A DNA stretch of 32,000 bases, from contig JAIBCC010000002.1 in the NCBI GenBank assembly GCA_019694395.1, positions 30,330 to 62,329 of the forward strand. Direction: 5' to 3'. The position numbers and the translations under genes were made by a program. Of the stretch, positions 16,797-26,142 are shown in pieces. The notes under the pieces are model-generated. The model worked only from the letters and a program-made list of their open reading frames with translations, was not told where the DNA came from and did not search any database. This DNA is from Pyrinomonadaceae bacterium (GTDB lineage: Bacteria > Acidobacteriota > Blastocatellia > Pyrinomonadales > Pyrinomonadaceae). Each line of letters starts with the position of its first letter. Positions within the stretch are counted from its first letter, which is position 1.

Positions 16797-18083
16797 TTGT
16801 GTCTAATTATGATTTCCTTATCATTCTTTAATATCTTTGTTTCTAAAATTCGTTTCACGGGAACACAAAATGAAAGCCTTGAACGAATTGAATTCTTAAC
16901 CGCCATTGATAATTTTAGATTATCAAGTCTTCCCTATTTTCTTGGAGTTTCGGTTTTTACCGCTCTTAACCATAATGCCGGAAATCTAAAACTGGAATTA
17001 TTCTGGCTATTCACTTCATTCATTGTAAGGTCACTTTTTCAATTCTTTTACCGTCGGATTCAACAATCCCTGTTGAATGAGAATTCTGATTTTGCTCTAT
17101 TAAAATTGATCATTCAGACATCAGCAATTTTATATGGAATTTTTTGGGGCTCAACAATTTTCTTTTTTCATCCTGCAATTGAACAATTTAATTTCAACTC
17201 CTTCTTAATTTTAGTGGTTTGCTTAATTGCAGTAATTTCAAACTACGGCTTAATTTGTCTTCCCCGCTCCGATCTATTTTTGTTGTTTGCTATCGCGGTG
17301 GGAATTACCTCAATATCCCCGGCTTTGACTTATGACCTTAATAACTCATATTTGGCTGCTCTTGGATTTACAATTTTTATTTCTGTTCAAACCTTCTATT
17401 CCATCAGGCTAAAAGGCAAATTCGACGAACAAATTTTGTTAAAAATGCAAAACCAGGAATTGGTCAACTCATTGGAAGAAAATCGAGCCAAAATGAACCA
17501 AAATATTAAAGTTCTGGAGGATTTATCACTTCACGATGATTTGACTCAACTTCCAAACCGCCGTTTTTTAATGAACAAATTTTTAAACTCCAGGCTGGAA
17601 TCCGAAGATGAAACCGAATTTAGTTTAATGATTTTGGATTTGGACAATTTCAAAACCATAAATGACAGATTCGGACATCTGGTCGGGGACAAAGTTTTGA
17701 TCAAAGTTGCAGCTATTTTGAAGAATTCCATTCGCGGAACAGATTGTGCGGCACGGGTTGGCGGCGAAGAATTTGTAATTTTTTTGCCAAATTCCAAACA
17801 AAATGAAGCTCTGTTGGTGGCGGAAAGAATTCGTCAAACCATTCAAAATCAAATATTTTTAGATACCAAAAACCAGCCTTTTCAAATAACAACTTCAATT
17901 GGCTTAGCAGAATCAGTTATAAATTCCGATTTAACAAATGTTTTTCAAAAAGCAGATACAGCACTTTATGAAGCCAAACAGGAAGGTAAAAACAGGATCA
18001 AAATTGCAACTGAAACGGATTTTGATTTTTCACTGAATCAATCAATTGCATCCCTTTCGGAAATTAACAAATTTCTAAATTAA
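16797..18083 (+). CDS. Membrane-bound diguanylate cyclase (GGDEF domain)
   Basis: N-terminal hydrophobic helices, coiled segment, then LSLHDDLTQLPNRRFL...DLDNFKTINDRFGHLVGDKVL...ARVGGEEFVIF. Start may be TTG 16797 or ATG 16809. Confidence 0.93.
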   Translation: MCLIMISLSFFNIFVSKIRFTGTQNESLERIEFLTAIDNFRLSSLPYFLGVSVFTALNHNAGNLKLELFWLFTSFIVRSLFQFFYRRIQQSLLNENSDFALLKLIIQTSAILYGIFWGSTIFFFHPAIEQFNFNSFLILVVCLIAVISNYGLICLPRSDLFLLFAIAVGITSISPALTYDLNNSYLAALGFTIFISVQTFYSIRLKGKFDEQILLKMQNQELVNSLEENRAKMNQNIKVLEDLSLHDDLTQLPNRRFLMNKFLNSRLESEDETEFSLMILDLDNFKTINDRFGHLVGDKVLIKVAAILKNSIRGTDCAARVGGEEFVIFLPNSKQNEALLVAERIRQTIQNQIFLDTKNQPFQITTSIGLAESVINSDLTNVFQKADTALYEAKQEGKNRIKIATETDFDFSLNQSIASLSEINKFLN

Positions 18084-18136
18084 TATTGAGATGTTCTGAA
18101 ATCTTCTTTTTAATGCCATAATGTCCGGTAGAAAAT

Positions 18137-18778
18137 ATGAAAATTGTTTGCCTTTCCGATACGCACAATTGTAACGAAAATATTGAAGTTCCCGATGGAG
18201 ACATTTTACTTCACGCGGGCGATGCAACTGTGCGCGGAACTATTTTTGAAATCAACCAGTTTGCAAATTGGTTTACTTCACTTCCACATAAACATAAAAT
18301 TTTTGTTGCCGGAAATCACGATTGGCTCTTTGAAAATGATAATGCTTTGGCACGAATGTTAATCAGCCAAGTTTCCTATTTACAAGATTCTTTTATTGAA
18401 ATTGAGGGCTTAAAAATTTATGGAAGTCCCTGGCAGCCAAGATTCTACGATTGGGCTTTTAATCTAAATCGAGGTGCGGAATTGGCGGAAAAATGGAAAC
18501 AGATTCCGCTTAATACGGATATTTTAATTACACATGGTCCGCCAAATGGAATTTTAGATGAGGTTCCCCGAAAATATTCGATTGAAAATACCGGTTGCGA
18601 AGAATTGCGAAAACGGGTGGAAACCCTGGCAGAATTCGGTAATCTAAAACTTCATCTTTTTGGACACATTCATTGCGGTTATGGTCAAATGGAAAAATTT
18701 GGAGTTAAATTTGTTAATGCTTCAAATTGTGATGAAGAATATAATCCCACCCAACCCCCGATTATTGTTGAGATTTGA
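18137..18778 (+). CDS. Calcineurin-like metallophosphoesterase
   Basis: MKIVCLSDTHNC...DILLHAGD...FVAGNHDWL...ILITHGPP...LHLFGHIHCGYG. Confidence 0.94.
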   Translation: MKIVCLSDTHNCNENIEVPDGDILLHAGDATVRGTIFEINQFANWFTSLPHKHKIFVAGNHDWLFENDNALARMLISQVSYLQDSFIEIEGLKIYGSPWQPRFYDWAFNLNRGAELAEKWKQIPLNTDILITHGPPNGILDEVPRKYSIENTGCEELRKRVETLAEFGNLKLHLFGHIHCGYGQMEKFGVKFVNASNCDEEYNPTQPPIIVEI

Positions 18779-18783
18779 TTTTT

Positions 18784-19215
18784 TTATTCAATAATTTGAA
18801 AATCGTCAGCCCGATCTAAATTAATCAAAATAGTTTTCAATTTTTCCGGTGGAGCTATTAATTTTCTTTCCCTCAAATCAAGCCAACCGACCAAACTCGA
18901 AACTGTTGCGGAGATTTTTTCATTATTTTTATAGAAAATGTTTCGGATTTTCCAAAAACGATTGTCAGTTGAAAAACCCGCAATTAACAATTTAACTGTA
19001 AATTGTTCTAATAAATGGACTTCTTTGAAATATTCAATTTCATCTTTCAAAACTACAGGACCAAAATTTTGTTTTCTAAATTCGGACATGGGAAACCCGT
19101 TCGCCTCAAAATAGAGCATTCTCGTAGTCGCCGAAAAGTCTAAATATGCCGTGTTTCTTAAATGAGCGTTAAAATCCATATCGCCCCAACCGGCTTGAAA
19201 AGTTTGTGAAAACAT
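18784..19215 (-). CDS. Acyl-CoA thioesterase-like protein (4HBT hotdog fold)
   Basis: GWGDMDFNAHLRNTAYLDFSATTRMLYFEANGF, a hotdog-fold thioesterase signature. Confidence 0.86.
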   Translation of the reverse strand: MFSQTFQAGWGDMDFNAHLRNTAYLDFSATTRMLYFEANGFPMSEFRKQNFGPVVLKDEIEYFKEVHLLEQFTVKLLIAGFSTDNRFWKIRNIFYKNNEKISATVSSLVGWLDLRERKLIAPPEKLKTILINLDRADDFQIIE

Positions 19216-19337
19216 AATTTGAAATTATTCACCAAATTTAGCTCTATTAGCAAAAATAAATCATATATTCTTAAAATAAATTACCCCAAATTTTAATTTT
19301 AAATTCCAATGCGTTAAAATTCATTCTTTGCAAATAA

Positions 19338-20210
19338 ATGGACGAAAACCGTAATCAACAAATAGATTTAAAATCGCACACTGCCTTAGTGCCGACTAAA
19401 GAGGAAATTTCAGTTCTTTCCTTAACTGAAAAAATCGGCTTTAAACTCACCCATCGAATGAATCAGGGAATTTGGAAAAAATTCTGGACATTTTGCCAAC
19501 GCCATATCGGTTCACTTTGGATAAAAATTTCGACTTACAATTTAATGAATGTTTTCGGAATCGAAGTTATCAACAAATCAAACTTTAATCGCCCCCTTTT
19601 GCTGGTAGCAAATCATCGCTCATTTTTCGATATGTATGTTGTTTCCTCAGTAATGTTCCGCCAAACGAGACATCCGATGACACTCTTCTTTCCGGTCCGT
19701 GCCAAATTTTTTTACGATAATTTGATTGGTTGGTTCGTCAATTTAGTAATGGGTTGGTGGTCAATGTATCCGCCTTTTTTTCGTGAAGCAAAGGAAGCCA
19801 AAAAACGCGAGTTTGATAAGTTTTCCCTGCGCCGTTTAACCCAAATTTGTTCAGTTGGTTATGGTCACGTGATCGGATTTCACCCCGAAGGAAAACGAAA
19901 TTTAAATGAAAGTCCATATGATTTTTTGCCCGCTCAACCGGGAGTCGGCGCAGTCATTATGAAAGCCAAACCGCAAGTAATCCCAGTATTCATTGCCGGA
20001 TTAGGAAATGATCTGCCAAAACAGATTTTGGGAAATTGGACAGGTGGTGAAAAAGTTCGGATTTGGTTCGGTGAACCGGTGGAGCTTTCTGCCTTTTATG
20101 AAAAAGGTGATCGGTTACGCACACATAAAGAAATTGCTGACTTCCTGATGACTAAAATTGGTGAATTGGGTGAAAAGGACAAGGAATTTATGGCAAAAAA
20201 CATTAAATGA
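19338..20210 (+). CDS. PlsC-like lysophospholipid/1-acylglycerol acyltransferase
   Basis: NHRSFFDMYVVSSVMF (NHxxxxD motif) and GYGHVIGFHPEGKRNLN. Confidence 0.88.
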   Translation: MDENRNQQIDLKSHTALVPTKEEISVLSLTEKIGFKLTHRMNQGIWKKFWTFCQRHIGSLWIKISTYNLMNVFGIEVINKSNFNRPLLLVANHRSFFDMYVVSSVMFRQTRHPMTLFFPVRAKFFYDNLIGWFVNLVMGWWSMYPPFFREAKEAKKREFDKFSLRRLTQICSVGYGHVIGFHPEGKRNLNESPYDFLPAQPGVGAVIMKAKPQVIPVFIAGLGNDLPKQILGNWTGGEKVRIWFGEPVELSAFYEKGDRLRTHKEIADFLMTKIGELGEKDKEFMAKNIK

Positions 20211-20395
20211 ACCTCTAAAAACCCATTCTTTTGCTTTCCAATTTCAAGGAAGTCTTGTTAATAAATAGTTAATTCTACTTATTTCAAAAGTAAAATCTGT
20301 AGTCATAAATTTTAAATACCTTGAATTGTATAGAAATTCTGCCATAATACGCTTAGAACTCCGCAATAATTTTTTGTTGTGTCGTTCCTAACATT

Positions 20396-22051
20396 ATGAA
20401 ACTTTTGAAAATTAACTTCTTTTTCGTTTTCCTTTTTATTTCTGTAATTAACATTTTTGGTCAAACACCTCGGGTTCGCACTTTTGATGCTCAACATTAC
20501 ATAATTCGTTCAAGTTTTGACCGCAAAAACAAAATTTTCTATGGTGATGTAACCGTTCAGGTCAAACCTTTGACCGATAATTTCAACAAATTGGTTTTAG
20601 ATTCGGTTGGAATGAAATTTCAATCAGTGACTCTCGAACCAACCGGAACAACTCTTGATTACAAACAAACTGCTGATAAAGTTACCGTTATATTGGATAA
20701 ATCTTTTTCACAAAATGATTTAGTTTCGGTGAGATTCAAATATTCCTCGCAAACTCCTAAAAAAGGCGTTTATTTTGTTGATGAAGAAAAGGCAGATGGA
20801 AAAGTTTTACATTCGTCTCAGGTTTGGACGCAAGGCGAAGCAGAAGAAGCCCGTTATTGGTTTCCCAGCTATGATTTCCCGGATGATAAGGCGACAACCG
20901 AACAATATATAACAATTCCAAATGATGAAGTTGCAATTGCTAATGGCGAACTTTTGGAAAAAACCGAAAACTCTGATGGAACAACCACTTTCCATTACAA
21001 AATGCCCGTTGTTCATTCCGTTTATTTAACTTCTTTTGTAGTTGGAAAATACGTCAAAGTTGAAGGAAAATACAAAAATATTCCACTCGGCTATTATGTT
21101 TATCCGGGTAAGGAAAATATAGTTGAAAAAGCCTATGGCAAAACCCCCGATATGATGCGGGTTTACGAAGAATTAACCGGAATTGATTTTCCATACAATA
21201 AATATGACCAAACGATTGTTGCCCGTTTTAATTTCGGCGGAATGGAAAACATTACGGCAACCACAATGGCTGATACCGAAATTATGTTTGGATTGTTCAG
21301 CCCGGATATTGCGGTGGATCTTGTGTCACACGAACTTGCACATTCCTGGTTCGGTGATCTGGTCACAACCAAGGATTGGTCTAACCTTTGGTTGAATGAA
21401 GGATTTGCAACTTTTATGGAAGCTGCCTATCGTGAAAAATCTAATGGGCGAGCCGATTACTTACGAAAAGTCCGCGAAGATGCAGCACAATATATGGCGG
21501 AGGATTCTTATTCCAATTCAAGACATCCCCTCATGCGTCCGAATCCACCCACCGATGACTCGCTTTTTGATACTACGACCTATCAAAAAGGCGGTGCAGT
21601 TATACATACACTGAGAGAAGAAGTTGGAACTGAAAACTTTTGGAAAGCAATTAACATTTACCTGAATCGTCACAAATTTGACAATGTAGTCACGGAAGAT
21701 TTGAAAAGGGCAATGCAAGAAGTTTCTGGTAAAGACCTTTCCTGGTTTTTCGATCAATGGGTTTATAAAGCTGGATTTCCTAAATTAATAATCACTCAGG
21801 TTTACAATCAAACTAAAAAACGACTGACTCTCAATATTACCCAGTCCCAAAAGATAGATTCAATTACTCCGTCAGCTTTTATTTTGCCAATGGAGTTGGA
21901 AATTCAGACCGCAAAAGGAACTAAAACTGAAAAAATTCAAATTAATAAACGTAGTCAAACTATCAATTTACAGGTTGATTCTAAACCAGTTAAAGTAATT
22001 TTCGATAAGGATGAAAAGATACCGTTAAAGAATTTGAGAGTTATTAAATAA
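20396..22051 (+). CDS. M1 family metallopeptidase
   Basis: Signal peptide, FGGMENITATTMAD, VSHELAHSWFGDLVTTKDWSNLWLNEGFATFME. Confidence 0.95.
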   Translation: MKLLKINFFFVFLFISVINIFGQTPRVRTFDAQHYIIRSSFDRKNKIFYGDVTVQVKPLTDNFNKLVLDSVGMKFQSVTLEPTGTTLDYKQTADKVTVILDKSFSQNDLVSVRFKYSSQTPKKGVYFVDEEKADGKVLHSSQVWTQGEAEEARYWFPSYDFPDDKATTEQYITIPNDEVAIANGELLEKTENSDGTTTFHYKMPVVHSVYLTSFVVGKYVKVEGKYKNIPLGYYVYPGKENIVEKAYGKTPDMMRVYEELTGIDFPYNKYDQTIVARFNFGGMENITATTMADTEIMFGLFSPDIAVDLVSHELAHSWFGDLVTTKDWSNLWLNEGFATFMEAAYREKSNGRADYLRKVREDAAQYMAEDSYSNSRHPLMRPNPPTDDSLFDTTTYQKGGAVIHTLREEVGTENFWKAINIYLNRHKFDNVVTEDLKRAMQEVSGKDLSWFFDQWVYKAGFPKLIITQVYNQTKKRLTLNITQSQKIDSITPSAFILPMELEIQTAKGTKTEKIQINKRSQTINLQVDSKPVKVIFDKDEKIPLKNLRVIK

Positions 22052-22070
22052 GAGTTTTAACCTAAACAAC

Positions 22071-22104
22071 AAAAGTTCCGCTACACATTGCAGCGGAACT
22101 TTTT
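22071..22104. terminator. Bidirectional intrinsic terminator after the M1 peptidase
   Basis: Perfect 12-bp stem AAAAGTTCCGCT (22071-22082)/AGCGGAACTTTT (22092-22103) with a 9-nt loop; T-rich in both directions. Confidence 0.92.
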
Positions 22105-22186
22105 CTTTGAGACGACAAGAAACGTTGAAAAATACAAGGGCGCAAAGCAACACGCGGGTCGCGCCAAAAACGGCAGAACTTTATGT

Positions 22187-22336
22187 GTCCTTCTTCACCA
22201 TAGCCTACGAGGTTAGCTGTCGGGCTAGGAAAGAAGAAGTTTCCCGCGTTTCTCAACGCTACGCCCCTGTTTAGTAAAACTAAACTTTGGTTCCCCCGTG
22301 CTGCGCTTTAATAGGCACAACTTCGGCGACAACTTT
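22187..22336 (-). promoter_or_regulatory. ydaO/yuaA-type c-di-AMP riboswitch
   Basis: Minus strand: GTTGTCGCCGAAG...CACGGGGGAACC-(GTTTAG..CTAAAC)-AGGGGCGTA-GCGTT-GAGA-AACGC-GGGAAACTTCTTC...TAGCCCGACAGCTAACCTCGTAGGCTATGGTGAAGAAGGAC. It matches the ydaO core blocks (GCCGAA, GGAACC, GGGG..UAnUC-like, CCCGACAGCUAAC, GGC...GAAGGA) in order, including complementary CTTCTTC/GAAGAAG. Confidence 0.87.
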
Positions 22337-22382
22337 TCAACAAATGAACTATAACAAATTTTTTTTGATAAATTAATGAAAA

Positions 22383-22829
22383 TTATCGGCTCGGATAAAG
22401 TTGGTAAAGTAGCAAATAAACAACAACTCCAGTCACTGAAACATATAGCCAAACGGGAAAAACCACCCTTGCAAATTTTTTGTGAATCTCAAATTGTCCT
22501 TTCAAAGCTTTGTAAAAAATAAAAGGAATGGCAGGTGCCACTACTGCGGCTAAAATGGTATGAGTGGCTAAAATCGTAAAATAAATCGGTCGTATGATGC
22601 CTTCGCCTGTAAATTTGGTAGGACCTAATCCGAAGTAATAAGTGCGGATTGAATGATGAATTAAATAACAGAAAAGAAATATAGATGATGACACAACCGC
22701 CGACACCATACAAACCCGATGTTTTTGGATTTCTTTATTTTTAATAAAGTAAAATCCAAATATTAAAAGAACTCCGCTAAAAGCGTTTAATGTAGCGTTA
22801 AGATGCGGAAAGATTTCTAAAAGTTGCAC
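22383..22829 (-). CDS. DUF420 family membrane protein (cytochrome oxidase-associated)
   Basis: 148 aa, FPHLNATLNAFSGVLLIFGFYFIKNKEIQKHRVCM...LFCYLIHH...ILAAVVAP...HKKFARVVFPVWLYVSVTGVVVYLLLY. Confidence 0.92.
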   Translation of the reverse strand: MQLLEIFPHLNATLNAFSGVLLIFGFYFIKNKEIQKHRVCMVSAVVSSSIFLFCYLIHHSIRTYYFGLGPTKFTGEGIIRPIYFTILATHTILAAVVAPAIPFIFYKALKGQFEIHKKFARVVFPVWLYVSVTGVVVYLLLYQLYPSR

Positions 22830-22847
22830 TATCCAAACCCCTTGTTC

Positions 22848-23576
22848 CTATTTATAAAAACCTAATAATAAAAATAAAATGCCCCACAAGATACCCATAA
22901 AATGCCAATACCAACCCACTACTTTAGCAAACCATTGGCGTTTTAGGAGCTCTTCGTCCTCCAAAGTCACATTTTGGGTTTTCAGAACAATATAAACCAA
23001 TGAAATAATTCCCCCGAAAACGTGAAATGCGTGTATTGAAGTTAAAATATAAAAAAGTCCGGCAAATGAATTCCCGGTGGCGTAATAGCCCAGATTTACC
23101 AAATTAAACCAGGCTAAAACCTGTGATGCAATAAAAACCGCCCCAACTACAGCCGTAATCAAAAACCATTTTCGGGCTTTGATTTGATTTCCCTGAAACA
23201 GACTTTTTTTTGCCAACTCGTAATCAATACTGCTGACAATAATTAGACCCGTGCTGATCCAAAGTTGGAAAGGTAAACTAAATGGTCGCCATTCGAGAGC
23301 CTGATTTGTCGCCAAAACAATGTAGGTGCCGATCAAGGCGCCAAAAGTCATTAATACAACCAACAGAATTAATCCCATTCCAACCCGATATTTATCAGGC
23401 TTAAAGGATTCAATATCCTCATTTTTTTCATCGGAACGGTCATCTCCGCCACCGCCGCCACCACCGCGTTTGCCGTTATTTGAACCATTTCCTCCGCTTA
23501 ACTTTTGCGGAGGTCGTTTTTTCTTTTTGTTTGGTTCAGATTCTAATTCTTCGACTGTTCCGACTTTTAATTCCAT
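22848..23576 (-). CDS. coxC: Cytochrome c oxidase subunit III (heme-copper oxidase subunit 3)
   Basis: Helices with FQLWISTGLIIVSSIDYELAKKS, LTSIHAFHVFGGIISL, VVGWYWHFMGILWGILFLLLGF. The N-terminal extension contains a seven-glycine run. Confidence 0.88.
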   Translation of the reverse strand: MELKVGTVEELESEPNKKKKRPPQKLSGGNGSNNGKRGGGGGGGDDRSDEKNEDIESFKPDKYRVGMGLILLVVLMTFGALIGTYIVLATNQALEWRPFSLPFQLWISTGLIIVSSIDYELAKKSLFQGNQIKARKWFLITAVVGAVFIASQVLAWFNLVNLGYYATGNSFAGLFYILTSIHAFHVFGGIISLVYIVLKTQNVTLEDEELLKRQWFAKVVGWYWHFMGILWGILFLLLGFYK

Positions 23577-24476
23577 CTAATGATTAACGACCATCAAACC
23601 AAAAATTAAAGGCAAATAAAGCACCGACACCAACAATAATCTTCTGGCAGATTTTTCTGTTTTCGAGCGGGCTGTTTTAATACTTTCCCACAAAAACCAC
23701 AGTCCTAAAATCGTTGCTCCAATCAAATAAGTTATTCCGGTTAAGCCGACAAAAAATGGAGCTAAACTAATTGGCAGCAACATTATCGAAAAAACAACAA
23801 TTTGCCGTGCCGTCATTTTGCCCGACGGTTCAACTACGGGCAGCATAAGGATTCCCGCCTTTTTATATTGCTCACGATACATCCACGCAATCGCCAAAAA
23901 ATGCGGAAACTGCCACAAAAAAAGTAATGCAAACAAAGCTAATGCTGGCACGGAAATTTCATTAGCCGCAGATGTCCAACCCATCAGCGGAGGCATTGCT
24001 CCGGGAATTGCACCAATTGCAGTTGATGCAGAAGTTCTGGTCTTTAAAGGTGTATAAAGCAAAACATAACCAACCACTACACTAACACCAAGTCCCGCAG
24101 TTAAAGGGTTTACAAAAAAGAAAAGATATACTTCCGCCAATAAAGTAACCACCAACCCAAAGATCAACGCTTCATTAGAGGTTACTTTTGCCATTGGCAA
24201 AGGTCTTTTGGCGGTTCGCTCCATTAATCCATCAATATTTCTCTCGATAAATTGATTTAATGTAGCAACTCCAAAAGCAAGTAATGTAATGCCCAACATC
24301 GAATTAACAAATAGCCAGACATCAAAAGTTTGCTTTATTCCAAGATAAAATCCAGCCGCTGCTGTCAAAACCAGCATAAAAGCAATTCGCGGTTTGGTCA
24401 GTTCAAGATAGGCGGAGGCTTTTTCTTTCAAACTTAAATCTCCAGATTGTTGTAATTCGGTTACTATGTTTTCCAT
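23577..24476 (-). CDS. ctaB: Protoheme IX farnesyltransferase (heme O synthase)
   Basis: LTKPRIAFMLVLTAAAGF, NQFIERNIDGLMERTAKRPLP, IGAIPGAMPPLMGW, FLWQFPHFLAIAWMYREQYKKAG. Confidence 0.97.
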   Translation of the reverse strand: MENIVTELQQSGDLSLKEKASAYLELTKPRIAFMLVLTAAAGFYLGIKQTFDVWLFVNSMLGITLLAFGVATLNQFIERNIDGLMERTAKRPLPMAKVTSNEALIFGLVVTLLAEVYLFFFVNPLTAGLGVSVVVGYVLLYTPLKTRTSASTAIGAIPGAMPPLMGWTSAANEISVPALALFALLFLWQFPHFLAIAWMYREQYKKAGILMLPVVEPSGKMTARQIVVFSIMLLPISLAPFFVGLTGITYLIGATILGLWFLWESIKTARSKTEKSARRLLLVSVLYLPLIFGLMVVNH

Positions 24477-24636
24477 TGCTTATTATTTGGCAAAGAATAG
24501 AATAACTTGCTCAATTAAATTTTCCAAACTCCCACGATTAACTAAAACTACTTTTTTTTAAAAGAAAAACTTATTTTGTGACAGATGACACAGAAGTTTT
24601 GCTAAGATATGATGTATTCATTGAGTTTTTTTTTAA

Positions 24637-26142
24637 ATGAAAGAGACAACACAGGTCAAAGAGGCTCCGGTTAAGCCCAAACCCCATTCAAAACCGATTG
24701 TAAACCGAATTCTGGATTTTCTCAGTTCGGTTCGTTTCGGCGTTGTTTTACTTATTGTTTTGGTCATTCTTTCAATGATCGGAATGCTGGTCGTGCAGCA
24801 AAATGTCAATGGATTTGATGCCTTTTTTACTTCATTAACCCCGGCTGAAAAATTAGTTTTCGGAACTTTAGGCTTCTTTGATATTTACCACAGCTGGTAT
24901 TTCAATCTAATTTTATTGGTTCTTTCTCTTAATATTGTCTTAGCCTCAATTGACCGATTTCCAACTGCCTGGAAATTTATCGCCGACCCTAAAACAGAAG
25001 TCACAAAGGCTTGGCTTTTACATCAAAAACAAAACGCCGTTGTAACAATTTCCGACTCAAACATTACCGAACAAGTGGTTGGGATTTTCAAAAAATACGG
25101 TTATGGAACAAAAGTTACCGAAAAAAACGGACGAATTCATATTTTTGGTGAAAGCGGAAGATTTAATCGGTTAGGTGCTTACATCGTCCACGTTGCCCTT
25201 TTAATGCTTTTCCTGGGTCATTTTGTTGCGCTTCAAACAGGTTTTGATGCCGATGTTCAGCTTAAACCTACCCAAACAACGAATGCCATTGAGCTAATCC
25301 AATTCAATTTGGATAAACAGGAGCGTTTTGCAGCTCAACTTCCCTTTACAATTACTTGCACTGATATTCAGCAAACTTTAATTGATCCAAAAGGTGCAAT
25401 TGACATCAGCAATACGATGGATTGGCGCACACAGATCAAAATTGATGATCCGCAATATGGAACGACCATTGCCGATGTTAGCTTGAATAGACCATTTACT
25501 TACAGAGGCTACAGATTTTTTCAGGCATCTGCCATTACACTAGGAATGGCTAGAAGTATGACGATTGAGATGACTCCTGCCAATGGCGGCGAAACAATAA
25601 AAGTAAATTTGGCACGGGACGGCGAAGCATCTTTACCAGATGGAACTAAAATTGTTTACGATAATTTTTGGTCGGATTTTGTAGCCGGACAACCGGAATC
25701 AAGCAGTAATGAATACAAAAATCCGGCTGTAAAATTAAAAGTTACCCCGCCCAACGGACAAACAGTTGATGCCTACGCTTTCTTTGCCAAATTGCCAGAT
25801 AATGCACCGATTGCCCAACCTAAAGCAGGTTATAAATTCCATCTGGCAGAATTTGAAAAATCACCCTCTGCACACGTTTTATCAATCAAATACGATCCGT
25901 TCAGCGGACATTTTATCGCCTGGTATTTAGGCGGATTCGGACTTATTTTTGCATTGATTTTTGTTTTCTTTATTTCACATCAGCGAGTTTGGGCTTTAGT
26001 TGATGGAGAAAGTGTTACATTGGGCGGAAATGCCAACCGCAATCATTTAGCCTTTAACGATAAATTTAACAAAATCGTAAATGATTTAAGTGGAGATAGT
26101 TATGTCGCAAGTATTAACAGCCAATCAAATTCGGGAAATTAA
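24637..26142 (+). CDS. resB: Cytochrome c biogenesis protein ResB/Ccs1
   Basis: LSSVRFGVVLLIVLVILSMIGMLVVQQ, DIYHSWYFNLILLVLSLNIVLASIDRFP, RLGAYIVHVALLMLFLGH, TYRGYRFFQAS. Confidence 0.93.
   Translation: MKETTQVKEAPVKPKPHSKPIVNRILDFLSSVRFGVVLLIVLVILSMIGMLVVQQNVNGFDAFFTSLTPAEKLVFGTLGFFDIYHSWYFNLILLVLSLNIVLASIDRFPTAWKFIADPKTEVTKAWLLHQKQNAVVTISDSNITEQVVGIFKKYGYGTKVTEKNGRIHIFGESGRFNRLGAYIVHVALLMLFLGHFVALQTGFDADVQLKPTQTTNAIELIQFNLDKQERFAAQLPFTITCTDIQQTLIDPKGAIDISNTMDWRTQIKIDDPQYGTTIADVSLNRPFTYRGYRFFQASAITLGMARSMTIEMTPANGGETIKVNLARDGEASLPDGTKIVYDNFWSDFVAGQPESSSNEYKNPAVKLKVTPPNGQTVDAYAFFAKLPDNAPIAQPKAGYKFHLAEFEKSPSAHVLSIKYDPFSGHFIAWYLGGFGLIFALIFVFFISHQRVWALVDGESVTLGGNANRNHLAFNDKFNKIVNDLSGDSYVASINSQSNSGN

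Noticed and set aside
22062-22452. ORFs 22062-22256 and 22225-22452 (minus)
   Set aside because: They overlap the c-di-AMP riboswitch and terminator. The sequence is explained by RNA structure and the predicted proteins have no recognisable features.
23326-23580. Plus-strand ORF encoding a polyproline stretch (SPPPPPPPRLP)
   Set aside because: It is the antisense reading of the poly-Gly region of coxC, which is clearly coding on the minus strand.
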